This document shows, piece by piece, positions 1-9,461 of a stretch of 47,170 nucleotides of DNA. A program made the position numbers and the translations under genes. Position 1 is the first letter of the stretch; each line of letters opens with the position of its first letter. Source of the stretch: an uncultured Planctomycetia bacterium (GTDB lineage: Bacteria > Omnitrophota > Gorgyraeia > 2-02-FULL-51-18); the NCBI GenBank assembly GCA_964447745.1, contig CAYUTV010000001.1, positions 20,356 through 67,525 on the forward strand, given 5' to 3'. A model generated the notes under the pieces. The model was not told the DNA's origin, did no database searches, and saw only the letters and a list, made by a program, of their open reading frames with translations.

Positions 1-1389
1 GGAGAAAAGCGTGATGCCCTGCGCGGAGGCGACAGGCCGGAGTTTTAACTTTTGGATGTCCGCCAGCAGTTCATCCATGCTACGGTCTTTGATCAGCACA
101 TAAAAAGAACCCGCCGCTTGAGCTTGGGCAAGAAAAGCGGGTCGGTCGTCCAGATAACGAACGGTGCCATCGGGTTTTTCAAAGTAAAAAAGAGACGCGG
201 GAATCTCGTGGTAATTATAGAGATACACTCTTTGGTCGTGCGGAATCTCTTGCCGGACGGCAGTGCTTATCGCCTTGATGTCCCGGCTGTAATCATGATC
301 CCAGATGTGGGATTCATACACATGCAGGATCATTGCGCCGATGAAGGCCAGCTTAATCCAGTCCTTTCGCTCCTCGGGTAACCATTTGGCCAAGAAATAA
401 CCCACGCTGATAGAGATCGCCGGATATGCCGGAATGATGTACCACGCCAATTTTGTTTTGACGAGTGTGGCGACGATAAAAATAAAAAACATCCAGGTGG
501 TGGGGAAAATAAATTCCTCATAGCGCTTCTTGAGAGATTTATAGAGAAAATAAGGCGCTGAGATAACGCCCACGAGAATCCAGGGGTGGTATTTATTGAT
601 TAGTGTCCGTATATAAAAATAATAATTGCCGACGTGTCCCTCCAACGCCGTGGATGTCCTCTCGAACAAATGCCTCCTGATGACATCCTGCATGAACACA
701 TCCTGATGCGCCAGCGTTTGATACAGGTGCCATGGCAGCGCGATGGCCGCGGCGATCATAAGACCGATCCAATAATTCGGCCGGCCGAGAAGAGACGTTT
801 CTCTCGCCCAAAAGCAATAGATCCAGCAGATCAACGGGATAAAAAATCCGGCAAATCCCTTGGTCATGACCGCCAGCCCCAGCGCGATGCCGGAAAAAAT
901 AAAGTACCGATTTTTCTCTCTCCCCATCCAAAAGAAGTACAGGGCCGCGCTGACAAAGAAAGTCAGCGCCGAGTCCAGCTGACCGAATCGCGCAAAGTGA
1001 ATAAAGTGGGACGAGCTGAGGAGTACCAGGGCGCTAAGGAAGCCTATCCAACGGCTAAAAAGCCGTGAGGCAAAAAGGTAAGTGACGATGACCGTGCCGA
1101 TACCGCACAAAGCCGAAAATAGCCGTGCGGAAAATTCATGCACACCGAAAATTTTGTAGAAAACGGCGGTGATCCACATCTGCAGGGGCGGCTTGTCGAA
1201 CCAAGGTTGTCCGCCGTACGTGAGATCCAGCCAGTTTTTTGAATTCAGAAGTTCCCGCGCCGATGTAGCATAAAGCGCCTCATCCCAGCTCGCCAATGAG
1301 CCATAGCCCAACTGGACAAGCAGAAAAAACGCGGATAGAAGAAATAGATAGAGGAAATCCCCGAAAGGGCTATTTCTTTGAAGAGGCAA
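1..1389 (-). CDS. ArnT / PMT_2-like (GT39-type) polytopic membrane glycosyltransferase; the 3' end runs off the window
   Basis: Absent from the ORF track because there is no stop inside the window. Manual minus-strand translation is open from 1389 to base 1. It reads ..FLYLFLLSAFFLLVQLGYGSLASWDEALYATSARELLNSKNWLDLTYGGQPWFDKPPLQMWITAVFYKIFGVHEFSARLFSALCG..MTKGFAGFFIPL.., the N-terminal loop motif of ArnT/PMT_2 enzymes. There is no in-frame ATG. TTG at 1389-1387 lies two codons after the in-frame TAA that also ends pdaD, so the start is uncertain. Confidence 0.7.
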   Translation of the reverse strand, partial: MPLQRNSPFGDFLYLFLLSAFFLLVQLGYGSLASWDEALYATSARELLNSKNWLDLTYGGQPWFDKPPLQMWITAVFYKIFGVHEFSARLFSALCGIGTVIVTYLFASRLFSRWIGFLSALVLLSSSHFIHFARFGQLDSALTFFVSAALYFFWMGREKNRYFIFSGIALGLAVMTKGFAGFFIPLICWIYCFWARETSLLGRPNYWIGLMIAAAIALPWHLYQTLAHQDVFMQDVIRRHLFERTSTALEGHVGNYYFYIRTLINKYHPWILVGVISAPYFLYKSLKKRYEEFIFPTTWMFFIFIVATLVKTKLAWYIIPAYPAISISVGYFLAKWLPEERKDWIKLAFIGAMILHVYESHIWDHDYSRDIKAISTAVRQEIPHDQRVYLYNYHEIPASLFYFEKPDGTVRYLDDRPAFLAQAQAAGSFYVLIKDRSMDELLADIQKLKLRPVASAQGITLFS

Positions 1390-1395
1390 AGCCGC

Positions 1396-2001
1396 TTAAA
1401 AAATGAATACGCCCGCGGCGACGACGGTGGTGTGCCCGCCTTTTTCAACCATCGCCGATTGCGTGACGTTGGTCGTTTTGACGATCTTATCCGAAATGCG
1501 GAAGATCTCTTCTTTTTCGTCCCAGCTCTTATCTTCGTCTATGTCCAAGCCGAGTGTCGAGGCGAGCATGGCCGCGGCTAAGTCTTCCGCCGTGTCCCCC
1601 GCTTCTTTTTCGGTTTGACCGAAAGCGAAGTACTCACTGAGATAACCGTACGTGTTGGGATCGGACGGGATGGCGCAGCCGATGGAGGCCGCGATAAGCC
1701 GGCGATTCTCGTTGGATGACAGACGCGCCGTCACCGCAAAAGTAATCATGCCGGGATAAATATATTTGACACCTTCGTTCTTGGAGATCAATTCGCAATT
1801 CGGAGGAAATATGCTCGAGACGTGAACGATATTGCATTTTTCGATTCCCGCGTCTCTCAGAGCAAGCTCAAAGGACCGCAGTTCATGCTTGTGGGAGCCG
1901 ACACCCTTCGTGAAAAACATTTTCTTGGGTACCAGAAGCTGCTGACCATTTTGCATATGCTGCTGCAGACCCGTTGTTGCCACACCTGGAACGACACCCA
2001 T
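1396..2001 (-). CDS. pdaD: Pyruvoyl-dependent arginine decarboxylase
   Basis: 201 aa. FFTKGVGSHKHELRSFELALRDAGIEKCNIVHVSSIFPP contains the PvlArgDC self-cleavage Ser-Ser region. GGAGGA sits 8 nt upstream of the ATG. Confidence 0.85.
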   Translation of the reverse strand: MGVVPGVATTGLQQHMQNGQQLLVPKKMFFTKGVGSHKHELRSFELALRDAGIEKCNIVHVSSIFPPNCELISKNEGVKYIYPGMITFAVTARLSSNENRRLIAASIGCAIPSDPNTYGYLSEYFAFGQTEKEAGDTAEDLAAAMLASTLGLDIDEDKSWDEKEEIFRISDKIVKTTNVTQSAMVEKGGHTTVVAAGVFIF

Positions 2002-2015
2002 CCGAATTTTCCTCC

Positions 2016-2076
2016 TTGAAAAATCAAAAAATTGTTATAATACGTTTAATATACGTTTCTCTATTTTCAAAGTCAA
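2016..2076. promoter_or_regulatory. Back-to-back candidate sigma70 promoters for pdaD (minus) and the small Zn-ribbon gene (plus)
   Basis: Minus strand: TTGACT (2076-2071), 17 nt spacer, TATATT (2053-2048), then AAGGAGGA before pdaD. Plus strand: extended -10 TGTTATAAT (2033-2041) with a poorly spaced TTGAAA (2016-2021, 14 nt). ATACGTTT occurs twice, at 2040-2047 and 2051-2058. Confidence 0.4.
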
Positions 2077-2090
2077 GAGGGATTTGGCCA

Positions 2091-2243
2091 ATGAAATGCG
2101 ATACCTGCGGCAAGGATGTCAAAGAAGTCCGGCGCGTCATTGTGGATACGGGCTACGACAGAACACTTGCCAAGCCGATGTATAACTGCCCGGACTGCTA
2201 CGACAAAAAAGAAGCAGCCAAGAAATCTCATAAACCGAATTAA
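2091..2243 (+). CDS. Small CxxC..CxxC zinc-ribbon protein (50 aa), function unknown
   Basis: MKCDTCGKDVKEVRRVIVDTGYDRTLAKPMYNCPDCYDKKEAAKKSHKPN. AGAGGGA lies ~9 nt upstream of this internal ATG of track ORF 1974-2243. It is the only convincing plus-strand gene. Confidence 0.5.
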   Translation: MKCDTCGKDVKEVRRVIVDTGYDRTLAKPMYNCPDCYDKKEAAKKSHKPN

Positions 2244-2247
2244 TCTT

Positions 2248-2970
2248 TTAACTTTTTGATGCGACCGCGCATGGCGACGCCCATGCCGGGTCCGAATAAC
2301 GCTCATCTTCAATCGCGTACGCTTTTTCAAGCTCTGAAGCCGTCAGCGCCTCTTCACGGAACTCCACTTTCCACTTCTCACGAAAACCCGTTACGATACC
2401 CTCGATCGTATCGGCCAAAGAAATCCCCGTTTGCAAACTGGATTGATGAAGAAGAATACCGCCCTTCCGGCGCTGGCTGGCGCCGACCACTTTTCTGCCC
2501 CTCACCAGCAAGTCGTAACAGGCGGGCGCCTCAAAACACACGCGCGCGTCCGAGTGTCTGTTTTTTTGACCGATGGCGGGAACGGTCTTGCAATCGGCGT
2601 ATTCCAATTCACTCTGGTAACTGCGTAGACCGTGTCGAAGAGCTTCATTAATTTTTAAATACGACGTCTTCACGTCTTTTAGAAAAAAAGAATTATGTTC
2701 TTTTATGTTCAGCGAGAAGGTCACGTCGTTTCCGTGGCGAACCAATCCACCCCCCGTCAATCGGCGAATCAGCTTGGCATCCCGGCTCAGGCGTTTTGTC
2801 TGTTCATCGATGGACTGAAAGTAACCGAGCGTATAGCAGGTCTCGTTCCAGCCATATATCCGCAACGTAGGCGCGGCATTAGCGGAACGCTGCGTTTCCA
2901 TGAGCATTTCGTCGATGGCCATGTTCAGAGTACCTCGCCGGACGTTATCTAAAATCAAACGAAATGTCAT
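2248..2970 (-). CDS. Lipoate-protein ligase / octanoyltransferase family protein (LplA/LipM-like catalytic domain only, 240 aa)
   Basis: The RRLTGGGLVRHGNDVTFSL motif fits the BPL_LplA_LipB fold. It sits directly downstream of the glycine-cleavage genes, whose H protein needs lipoylation. Confidence 0.75.
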   Translation of the reverse strand: MTFRLILDNVRRGTLNMAIDEMLMETQRSANAAPTLRIYGWNETCYTLGYFQSIDEQTKRLSRDAKLIRRLTGGGLVRHGNDVTFSLNIKEHNSFFLKDVKTSYLKINEALRHGLRSYQSELEYADCKTVPAIGQKNRHSDARVCFEAPACYDLLVRGRKVVGASQRRKGGILLHQSSLQTGISLADTIEGIVTGFREKWKVEFREEALTASELEKAYAIEDERYSDPAWASPCAVASKS

Positions 2971-2982
2971 CGGGAAAAGGTG

Positions 2983-4521
2983 TTACGGCTTTTTATAGCG
3001 GAGATTCGGCTGGCGCGCGGCCTGCACTTCGTCAATGCGGCTGACAGGCGTTGAATGCGGCGCGTCGAGTACTTTGGACGGGTTCTCCGCGATCTCCCGG
3101 TCAATGGCTTCTAAGATTTGGACAAAACGGTCCAGCGTTTCCTTGGATTCCGTTTCGGTTGGCTCAACCATCATCGCCTCATCAACGATCAGCGGGAAAT
3201 AAATCGTCGGCGCGTACACACCGTAATCCAAAAGGCGCTTGGCGATGTCCAGCGCTTTAACGCCCTTTTTCTTTTGTTTGGATGCGGACATCACAAATTC
3301 ATGCATACAATACCCGCCGTACGGAACATCGAACATCTTGAGAAGCTTCGCCTTGAGGTAATTGGCGTTCAATATAGCGTGTTCTGAGACGTTTTTAAGG
3401 CCCTGGGCGCCCAGAAGCCGGATATAGCCATACGAACGTATCACCGCTCCGAAATTACCGTAAAACGTCCTCAGCTTGCCGATGGAGTCCTTCGAATCCC
3501 GGTCAAATCCATACCCCGTCCCCTTTTTGACGATCCGCGGAGAAGGCAGAAAAGGAATCAGTTCTTTTTTAACTCCCACGGGACCGGATCCGGGCCCTCC
3601 GGAGCCATGCGGCACAGCGAACGTTTTATGAAGATTCAGATGCACGATATCGAAGCCCATGTCTCCGGGTCTGCAGATGCCCAGGAGCGCATTCATATTG
3701 GCGCCGTCATAATAGACAAGAGCACCCGCCTTGTGCACCGCTTGGGCAATTTCCAAGATCTCTTCTTCAAAGAGGCCCAGCGTGTTGGGGTTGGTCATCA
3801 TGAGACAGGCCACGCGGTCATCCAGATGCGCTTTGAGATCCGCGAGATCCACATGCCCCTTTGCGTCAGTCTTTATCTGAACCACCTCATAACCGCAGAG
3901 GGCCGCCGTGGCGGGATTGGTGCCGTGAGCCGAGTCCGGAATCAAAACCTTGGTCTTTGTATGTTTCTTGGCGCGGTGATAGGCCCCGGCAATCAAGAGT
4001 CCGCAGAGCTCTCCGTGCGCACCGGCCGCAGGCTGCAGCGTAAACTCATCCATGCCTGTGATTCCCGCCAGATACCCCTGCATATCGTATAACAGCCGCA
4101 GCGCACCCTGAACCTGGGATTCGTCTTCGTAGGGGTGAATCTTCGCGAATGGCGCACTGAGAACCACGGCATCAAGAACCTTGGGATTGTACTTCATTGT
4201 GCAAGAACCCAATGGATAAAAGTTCGCATCCACGCACTGATTCTTTTTGGATAAATTGATAAAGTGCCGCACGACGTCGAGTTCGGACAGCGAAGGAAGC
4301 TCGGGCTCCGTCTTTCTCAAAAATTCGGACGGGATCCTCTTAAGCACCGCCTTCTCGTCGGACTCAAGATCCGGCAGCCATTCGGCGTCGTTCAGCGAAT
4401 GCTTTTCAAATATCAGTTTGGTAACAGGATCCATGAGAGGTTTTTCCTTTGAAACGTTTACGACCGAATCCACGCGCTTATTTTCGCGTTCCAGAAGTTC
4501 GGCATCCGGCGGCGGGTTCAT
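2983..4521 (-). CDS. gcvPB: Glycine dehydrogenase (decarboxylating) subunit 2
   Basis: 512 aa. Motifs LIFEKHS..LPSLSELDVVRHF and NLHKTF (PLP lysine region). An ATGA overlap with gcvPA supports the 4521 start. An alternative ATG at 4434 (MDPVTKLIFE) would give a more typical N-terminus. Confidence 0.9.
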   Translation of the reverse strand: MNPPPDAELLERENKRVDSVVNVSKEKPLMDPVTKLIFEKHSLNDAEWLPDLESDEKAVLKRIPSEFLRKTEPELPSLSELDVVRHFINLSKKNQCVDANFYPLGSCTMKYNPKVLDAVVLSAPFAKIHPYEDESQVQGALRLLYDMQGYLAGITGMDEFTLQPAAGAHGELCGLLIAGAYHRAKKHTKTKVLIPDSAHGTNPATAALCGYEVVQIKTDAKGHVDLADLKAHLDDRVACLMMTNPNTLGLFEEEILEIAQAVHKAGALVYYDGANMNALLGICRPGDMGFDIVHLNLHKTFAVPHGSGGPGSGPVGVKKELIPFLPSPRIVKKGTGYGFDRDSKDSIGKLRTFYGNFGAVIRSYGYIRLLGAQGLKNVSEHAILNANYLKAKLLKMFDVPYGGYCMHEFVMSASKQKKKGVKALDIAKRLLDYGVYAPTIYFPLIVDEAMMVEPTETESKETLDRFVQILEAIDREIAENPSKVLDAPHSTPVSRIDEVQAARQPNLRYKKP

Positions 4522-5852
4522 GCCGTTTCTACCGCCTTGACGAGACGCTCGTTTTCATCGGCAGTGCGGCATTCCGTGACGGCAACGAGATAACCGTTCC
4601 GGATCTCCGGATAAAAAGGCGCCAATGATAAGGGCCCCAAAATCTTTTGTGATTCAAGGCTCTGCCTCAATCGAGCGGAGTCCTTTTCGATGGTAACCGC
4701 AAATTCATTGAAAAATGGTTTTCCGGAGAACGGCTTAACACCTTTGATTTTGGTGATTTTCTCGTACACGTTGTGCGCGTTCTCAAGGTTCAGGAGTGCG
4801 AGCTTACGCAGACCCTTCTTACCGAGCATTGTCAGATAGATCGCCCCCTTTAGAGCGCACAATCCGTGATTGGTGCAAATATTGGAAGTCGCTTTTTCTC
4901 TGCGAATGTGCTGCTCGCGAGCCTGCAGCGTCAGAACAAACGAGCGGCGTCCCACCTTGTCCACCGTAGCCCCCGCGATTCTTCCCGGTATTTTTCTTAA
5001 AAGCGGCTCACGAACAGTAAAAAATCCGAAATGCGGGCCGCCAAATGCCACGGGATTACCCAAGGGCTGGCCTTCTCCGACCGCGATATCCGCGCCGTAC
5101 TCGCCGGGCGTTTTCAGAACCCCCAGCGAAACAGGATTCACGCATGCGATAAATAAGGCCCCCGCTTGATGGGTCAGCCGTGAACACTCTTCCATGTTCT
5201 CCAATATTCCAAAAAAATTGGGGTGTTGGATCAATACCGCCGATACATCGGCGTTGAGTCTCACGGCAAGATCCTTGGCGTCCAACGCGCCTTCTTTCAA
5301 CGGCAATTCTTCCACTTCAACACCGATGCATGACGTGTATGTTTTCACGATGCTGCGGTATTCGGGGTGAATGGACCCCGCGACAAGAATCTTGCGCCGG
5401 CCGTTAAACCTCAGCGCCAAAAGGGCGGCCTCCGCGAGACTTGAGCCCCCGTCGTACATAGAGGCGTTGGAGTAGTCCATCCCGGTTAATTCGCAGATGA
5501 GACTCTGGTATTCATAAATCGATTGAAGCGTCCCTTGGCTCGCCTCACCCTGATAGGGCGTATAAGAAGTGATGAATTCACTCCGATGCGCCAGATGCCC
5601 CACGACCTCGGGTGCAAAATGATCGTACACGCCGCCGCCAAGGTAACAGGCATAGTCATCAAAATTTTCATTGTGGCTCCCCAGCTCGCGCATTTCACGA
5701 GTAAGCTCGAGCTCTGAGATGCCCGCCGGCACCTTCATGTCAAACTGACGCAGGCGCTTGGGCACCTTCGCAATTAGGTCGTCGAACGAACCGACGCCGA
5801 TCACTTCGAGCATTTGTTTTACGTCTTGGGGATTATTGGAAATATATTGCAT
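4518..5852 (-). CDS. gcvPA: Glycine dehydrogenase (decarboxylating) subunit 1
   Basis: 444 aa. YTPYQGEASQGTLQSIYEYQ is typical of the P-protein alpha subunit. It sits between gcvH and gcvPB. Confidence 0.9.
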   Translation of the reverse strand: MQYISNNPQDVKQMLEVIGVGSFDDLIAKVPKRLRQFDMKVPAGISELELTREMRELGSHNENFDDYACYLGGGVYDHFAPEVVGHLAHRSEFITSYTPYQGEASQGTLQSIYEYQSLICELTGMDYSNASMYDGGSSLAEAALLALRFNGRRKILVAGSIHPEYRSIVKTYTSCIGVEVEELPLKEGALDAKDLAVRLNADVSAVLIQHPNFFGILENMEECSRLTHQAGALFIACVNPVSLGVLKTPGEYGADIAVGEGQPLGNPVAFGGPHFGFFTVREPLLRKIPGRIAGATVDKVGRRSFVLTLQAREQHIRREKATSNICTNHGLCALKGAIYLTMLGKKGLRKLALLNLENAHNVYEKITKIKGVKPFSGKPFFNEFAVTIEKDSARLRQSLESQKILGPLSLAPFYPEIRNGYLVAVTECRTADENERLVKAVETA

Positions 5853-5857
5853 TCGTT

Positions 5858-6244
5858 TTAATGTGCCTGGCCCTTCACACTATTGTAATCGGCTTCACTT
5901 AGAAGCGCGTTAAACTCCTGCGCATTCTCGGTTTCAATCTGGAAGAGCCAGCCCTTTTCATAAGGCGATTGGTTGACCAGCTCAGGGCGCGCCTTCAGCT
6001 CTTCGTTGACCTTCACGATTTTCCCGCTGAGCGGCGCGTAGATATCAAACGCTGCCTTTACGGATTCGATCACCATTGCGGCGTCCTTCTGCTTAACGCC
6101 TTTATTCATCGCCGGCAGCTCAATAAATACCACGTCTGAAATCTCTTTTTGGGCATGATCGGTGATACCGACAGTGGCTGTCTTGCCGTCCAGCTTAACC
6201 CACTCATGGGTTTCCGTGTATTTCAGCTTTGATGTATCCGCCAT
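5858..6244 (-). CDS. gcvH: Glycine cleavage system H protein
   Basis: 128 aa with the lipoyl-lysine motif VIESVKAAFDIYAPLSG. Confidence 0.92.
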   Translation of the reverse strand: MADTSKLKYTETHEWVKLDGKTATVGITDHAQKEISDVVFIELPAMNKGVKQKDAAMVIESVKAAFDIYAPLSGKIVKVNEELKARPELVNQSPYEKGWLFQIETENAQEFNALLSEADYNSVKGQAH

Positions 6245-6246
6245 AG

Positions 6247-7380
6247 CTATCGCCTTTCTTTTTTCTTATGATTTAAAGGAACAAACGGCGTCTTGACCAC
6301 CTCGGCCGGAACCGGTTTTCCATGAATTTCGATCTCAATACGATTTCCCGGCGCTTCCTGCCCGGTTTGAACATAGCCCATGCCGATATTTGCACCGACC
6401 GTCGGGGCGTAAGAACCGCTGGTCACTTGACCGATTTTTTTACCGTCTTTCAAGATCGTGTACTTATCTCGGGCAACCGGCTTATCGAGCACTTTAAATC
6501 CGACGAGCTTTCGCCGCAAGCCTTTTTCACGCTGCACCATCAGCATATCGCGTCCTACGAATCCGCCCTCTTTATCGAAACTGACCACCCAAGGCAGACC
6601 CGCTTCGAGCGGCGTGGTTGTGGCATTCATTTCATTGCCGAATAACCCGTTCCCCGCTTCCAGTCTCAGCGTATTGCGCGCGCCCAGACCCGCGGGCAAA
6701 ATTCCTTTGGATGCACCGCCCTCAATCAGGCGGTCCCAGATCAGCGGTGCAACTTCATTGGACGAAAAGATTTCAAATCCGTCTTCACCGGTATAACCGC
6801 TCCGAGATATCCAGACCGGCTGCCCCTTAAACTCCGCTTCACGAAACGAGTAATACGCCATCGAAGGTGTGTCAAAACCAAAGAGTGTCTGAACTGTTTT
6901 TTCCGACTCCGGACCTTGGATGGCAACGCAGGCCGTGCGCTCACTCTGATCCTCAATCGACAGGCCGTCGGGGGCATAAAACTTTAACGCTTCCAGATCT
7001 CTTTCGATATTCGCCGCGTTCACGATCAGGTAGAAATCCGATTCGTTGACCCGGTAAATCAAAATGTCATCCAGCGTATAACCCTGTTCATCGCACAGCA
7101 GGTTATAGAGCATCCGGCCGTCCGATAGCTTGCGCATATCGTTGGTCAGGCGGTACTGAAGAAATTTCTCAGCCCCCGCACCCTTCACCCGGATTTCGCC
7201 CAAATGCGAGACGTCAAAAATACCGCAGGATTTTCTCACCCACTGATGCTCCGCGATAATACCGGAATAATAAACGGGCAGCATCCAGCCGTGAAAATCG
7301 ATGATTTTAGCGTTTAGAGAGACGTGACGGTCGTAGAGTGGGGTTTTCTTTATCGAGTGGGATTCTTGCAAAAGAGTCAT
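6247..7380 (-). CDS. gcvT: Aminomethyltransferase (glycine cleavage T protein)
   Basis: 377 aa with KTPLYDRHVSLNAKIIDFHGWMLPVYY and SRSGYTGEDGFEI motifs. Confidence 0.92.
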   Translation of the reverse strand: MTLLQESHSIKKTPLYDRHVSLNAKIIDFHGWMLPVYYSGIIAEHQWVRKSCGIFDVSHLGEIRVKGAGAEKFLQYRLTNDMRKLSDGRMLYNLLCDEQGYTLDDILIYRVNESDFYLIVNAANIERDLEALKFYAPDGLSIEDQSERTACVAIQGPESEKTVQTLFGFDTPSMAYYSFREAEFKGQPVWISRSGYTGEDGFEIFSSNEVAPLIWDRLIEGGASKGILPAGLGARNTLRLEAGNGLFGNEMNATTTPLEAGLPWVVSFDKEGGFVGRDMLMVQREKGLRRKLVGFKVLDKPVARDKYTILKDGKKIGQVTSGSYAPTVGANIGMGYVQTGQEAPGNRIEIEIHGKPVPAEVVKTPFVPLNHKKKERR

Positions 7381-7431
7381 TAATTCAATGTTTAAAAGAC
7401 CGTGTGATAATTAAATTCGAATGACCGTAAT

Positions 7432-8103
7432 TTAACATAAAATTTTTTCTAAATCTATATGTTTTATGAAAGCTTTTCCGAGACAATCAACGCCGCAATC
7501 CTTAATAAAAGGAAATGTGCCCAGATTCGCCGCGCGGCCGAACTTCGACACCACATCCGGGTTCGTTTTTTCGGGAATCGAGACGCTCCCCGGTTTCAGC
7601 CGGTTAAAAATGACGCCCAGCGGTTGAATGCCGCGGTGACGAAGCGCTTCGAGACTGAGGAGCGAGTGGTTGATCGCCCCAAGACCCGACCGCGATACCA
7701 AGATCGCTTTTGATCGAAGCCTCGGGATAAGATCCACAACCATATTCTTGTCGTCAATAGGAACTAGCAGCCCACCGCAGCCCTCCACAACAAGAACGTC
7801 AAAGTGATCACTCATTTTTTTAACAGCGCGGTCTATCAGCGTAAGATCAATGGTGACGCGCTCCATTTTGGCGCCAACATTTGGCGACAAGGGTTGTTTC
7901 AACGCAATTGGATTCACAACGTTCATCGGCAGCTTCACCCCGGCAGCCTCCATCAAGAGAGACGCGTCTTCGGTGCCTCCGCAAGAAATAGGTTTCATGA
8001 CGCCTGTTTTTACACCCTGCAATCGCAAGGCCGACGCCAATGCAGCCGCGACCATGCTTTTGCCGACACCGGTATCCGTTCCCGTGACAAACAAGACCTT
8101 CAT
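7432..8103 (-). CDS. bioD: Dethiobiotin synthetase
   Basis: 223 aa. N-terminal P-loop FVTGTDTGVGKS plus VVEGCGGLLVP. Overlaps the bioA stop by 4 nt. Confidence 0.88.
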   Translation of the reverse strand: MKVLFVTGTDTGVGKSMVAAALASALRLQGVKTGVMKPISCGGTEDASLLMEAAGVKLPMNVVNPIALKQPLSPNVGAKMERVTIDLTLIDRAVKKMSDHFDVLVVEGCGGLLVPIDDKNMVVDLIPRLRSKAILVSRSGLGAINHSLLSLEALRHRGIQPLGVIFNRLKPGSVSIPEKTNPDVVSKFGRAANLGTFPFIKDCGVDCLGKAFIKHIDLEKILC

Positions 8104-9461
8104 ACGCCCTCCGTTACGCGCCGAATCCCCTCACAAACCACACGACACAACTGCTTTAATTCGTTCGTGGAAACGGACAACGGCGGCATCAGCACAACCA
8201 CGTTACCCAGCGGACGAAGCATCACCCCGTGTTTTCTTGCCCAGGCCGTGACTGCGAAGCCGCGCTTTTCTGAGAGAGGATAAGCTTTTTTGGTTTTTTT
8301 ATCGGCGACCAGTTCAATTCCTGCCATAAAACCCGCTTGCCGTACGTCCCCCACATGTAACAAGCGGTTTATTTTCCACAATTCACGTTCCAGGATTTTT
8401 ATTTTTGGTTGAAGTTTGGCGAGGGTTTTATTTTTTTCGAACAATCGAAGATTCGCCAGCGCCGCCGCGCACGCCAACGGATTCGCCGAATACGTATGTC
8501 CGTGGTAGAAGGCCTTAAAATCTTCGTATTTGCCGAGGAACGCCTTATAGACCCTCTCCGTCGTCAGCGTCGCGGACAACGGCAGGTAACCGCCCGTCAA
8601 ACCTTTGGCCACGCACAAAAAATCCGGAGAAACGGATTCGTGTTCACAGGCGAACATCTTTCCCGTTCGACCAAAACCCGTGGCAACTTCATCCACGATC
8701 AAGAGCACGTCGTATTTACGGCTTAGACGGTGAACGGCGCGAAGGTATCCCTTGGGCTGTGAGAGCATTCCCGCGGCCCCCTGCATCAACGGCTCCAACA
8801 CAATCGCGGCAATCGAACGGTGATGTTTCTCTAAAATAACCTCCACCTTGCGCGCGCAAAAGCGAGCGTACGCGGCTTCACTTCCCTGAAAACCGTCGCG
8901 GTAACGGTAAGGCGCGTCCGCTTTAAATGTTTTAAACAACAACGGGTGAAAAATATCGTGAAACAACTGTATGCCCCCCACGCTGACGGAGCCCAGCGTG
9001 TCTCCGTGATAGGCGTTGTTGAGTTTCAGAAAATGTTTTTTGCCGGGTTTGCCGCTCTGCTGCCAGAACTGATAGGCCATTTTCAACGCCACCTCCACCG
9101 AAGCGGATCCTGAATCCGAATAAAAAACGCGCGAGAGCCCTTTGGGTGCGATCGCCGTCAGTTTATGCGAGAGCTCTATTGCCGGAACGTTGGACAACCC
9201 GAGGAATGTGGAGTGCGCGATTTTTTTGAGCTGTCGCTCAATCGCCGCATCTATTTCCGGGACGCAATGTCCGTGTACATTGCACCACAACGAAGATACG
9301 CCGTCGAGGTAGCGGCGACCCAGTGTATCGATGAGATAATTGCCGCGGCCCTTTTCAATGACCACCAGAGGATCCTCACACCACTCCTTCATCTGTGCGA
9401 ACGGGTGCCATACATGGCGCTTATCCAGCCGTTCCAATCGCAGGGCTTCTGATTTATTCAT
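8100..9461 (-). CDS. bioA: Adenosylmethionine-8-amino-7-oxononanoate aminotransferase
   Basis: 453 aa class-III aminotransferase with LIVDEVATGFGRTGKMFA. Sits in the bio operon. Confidence 0.9.
   Translation of the reverse strand: MNKSEALRLERLDKRHVWHPFAQMKEWCEDPLVVIEKGRGNYLIDTLGRRYLDGVSSLWCNVHGHCVPEIDAAIERQLKKIAHSTFLGLSNVPAIELSHKLTAIAPKGLSRVFYSDSGSASVEVALKMAYQFWQQSGKPGKKHFLKLNNAYHGDTLGSVSVGGIQLFHDIFHPLLFKTFKADAPYRYRDGFQGSEAAYARFCARKVEVILEKHHRSIAAIVLEPLMQGAAGMLSQPKGYLRAVHRLSRKYDVLLIVDEVATGFGRTGKMFACEHESVSPDFLCVAKGLTGGYLPLSATLTTERVYKAFLGKYEDFKAFYHGHTYSANPLACAAALANLRLFEKNKTLAKLQPKIKILERELWKINRLLHVGDVRQAGFMAGIELVADKKTKKAYPLSEKRGFAVTAWARKHGVMLRPLGNVVVLMPPLSVSTNELKQLCRVVCEGIRRVTEGV

Noticed and set aside
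7381-7431. A glycine riboswitch would be expected upstream of gcvT.
   Set aside because: The gap between bioD and gcvT is only 51 nt and AT-rich. It has no room for even a single ~100-nt glycine aptamer. I saw no conserved aptamer-like GC-rich stems.
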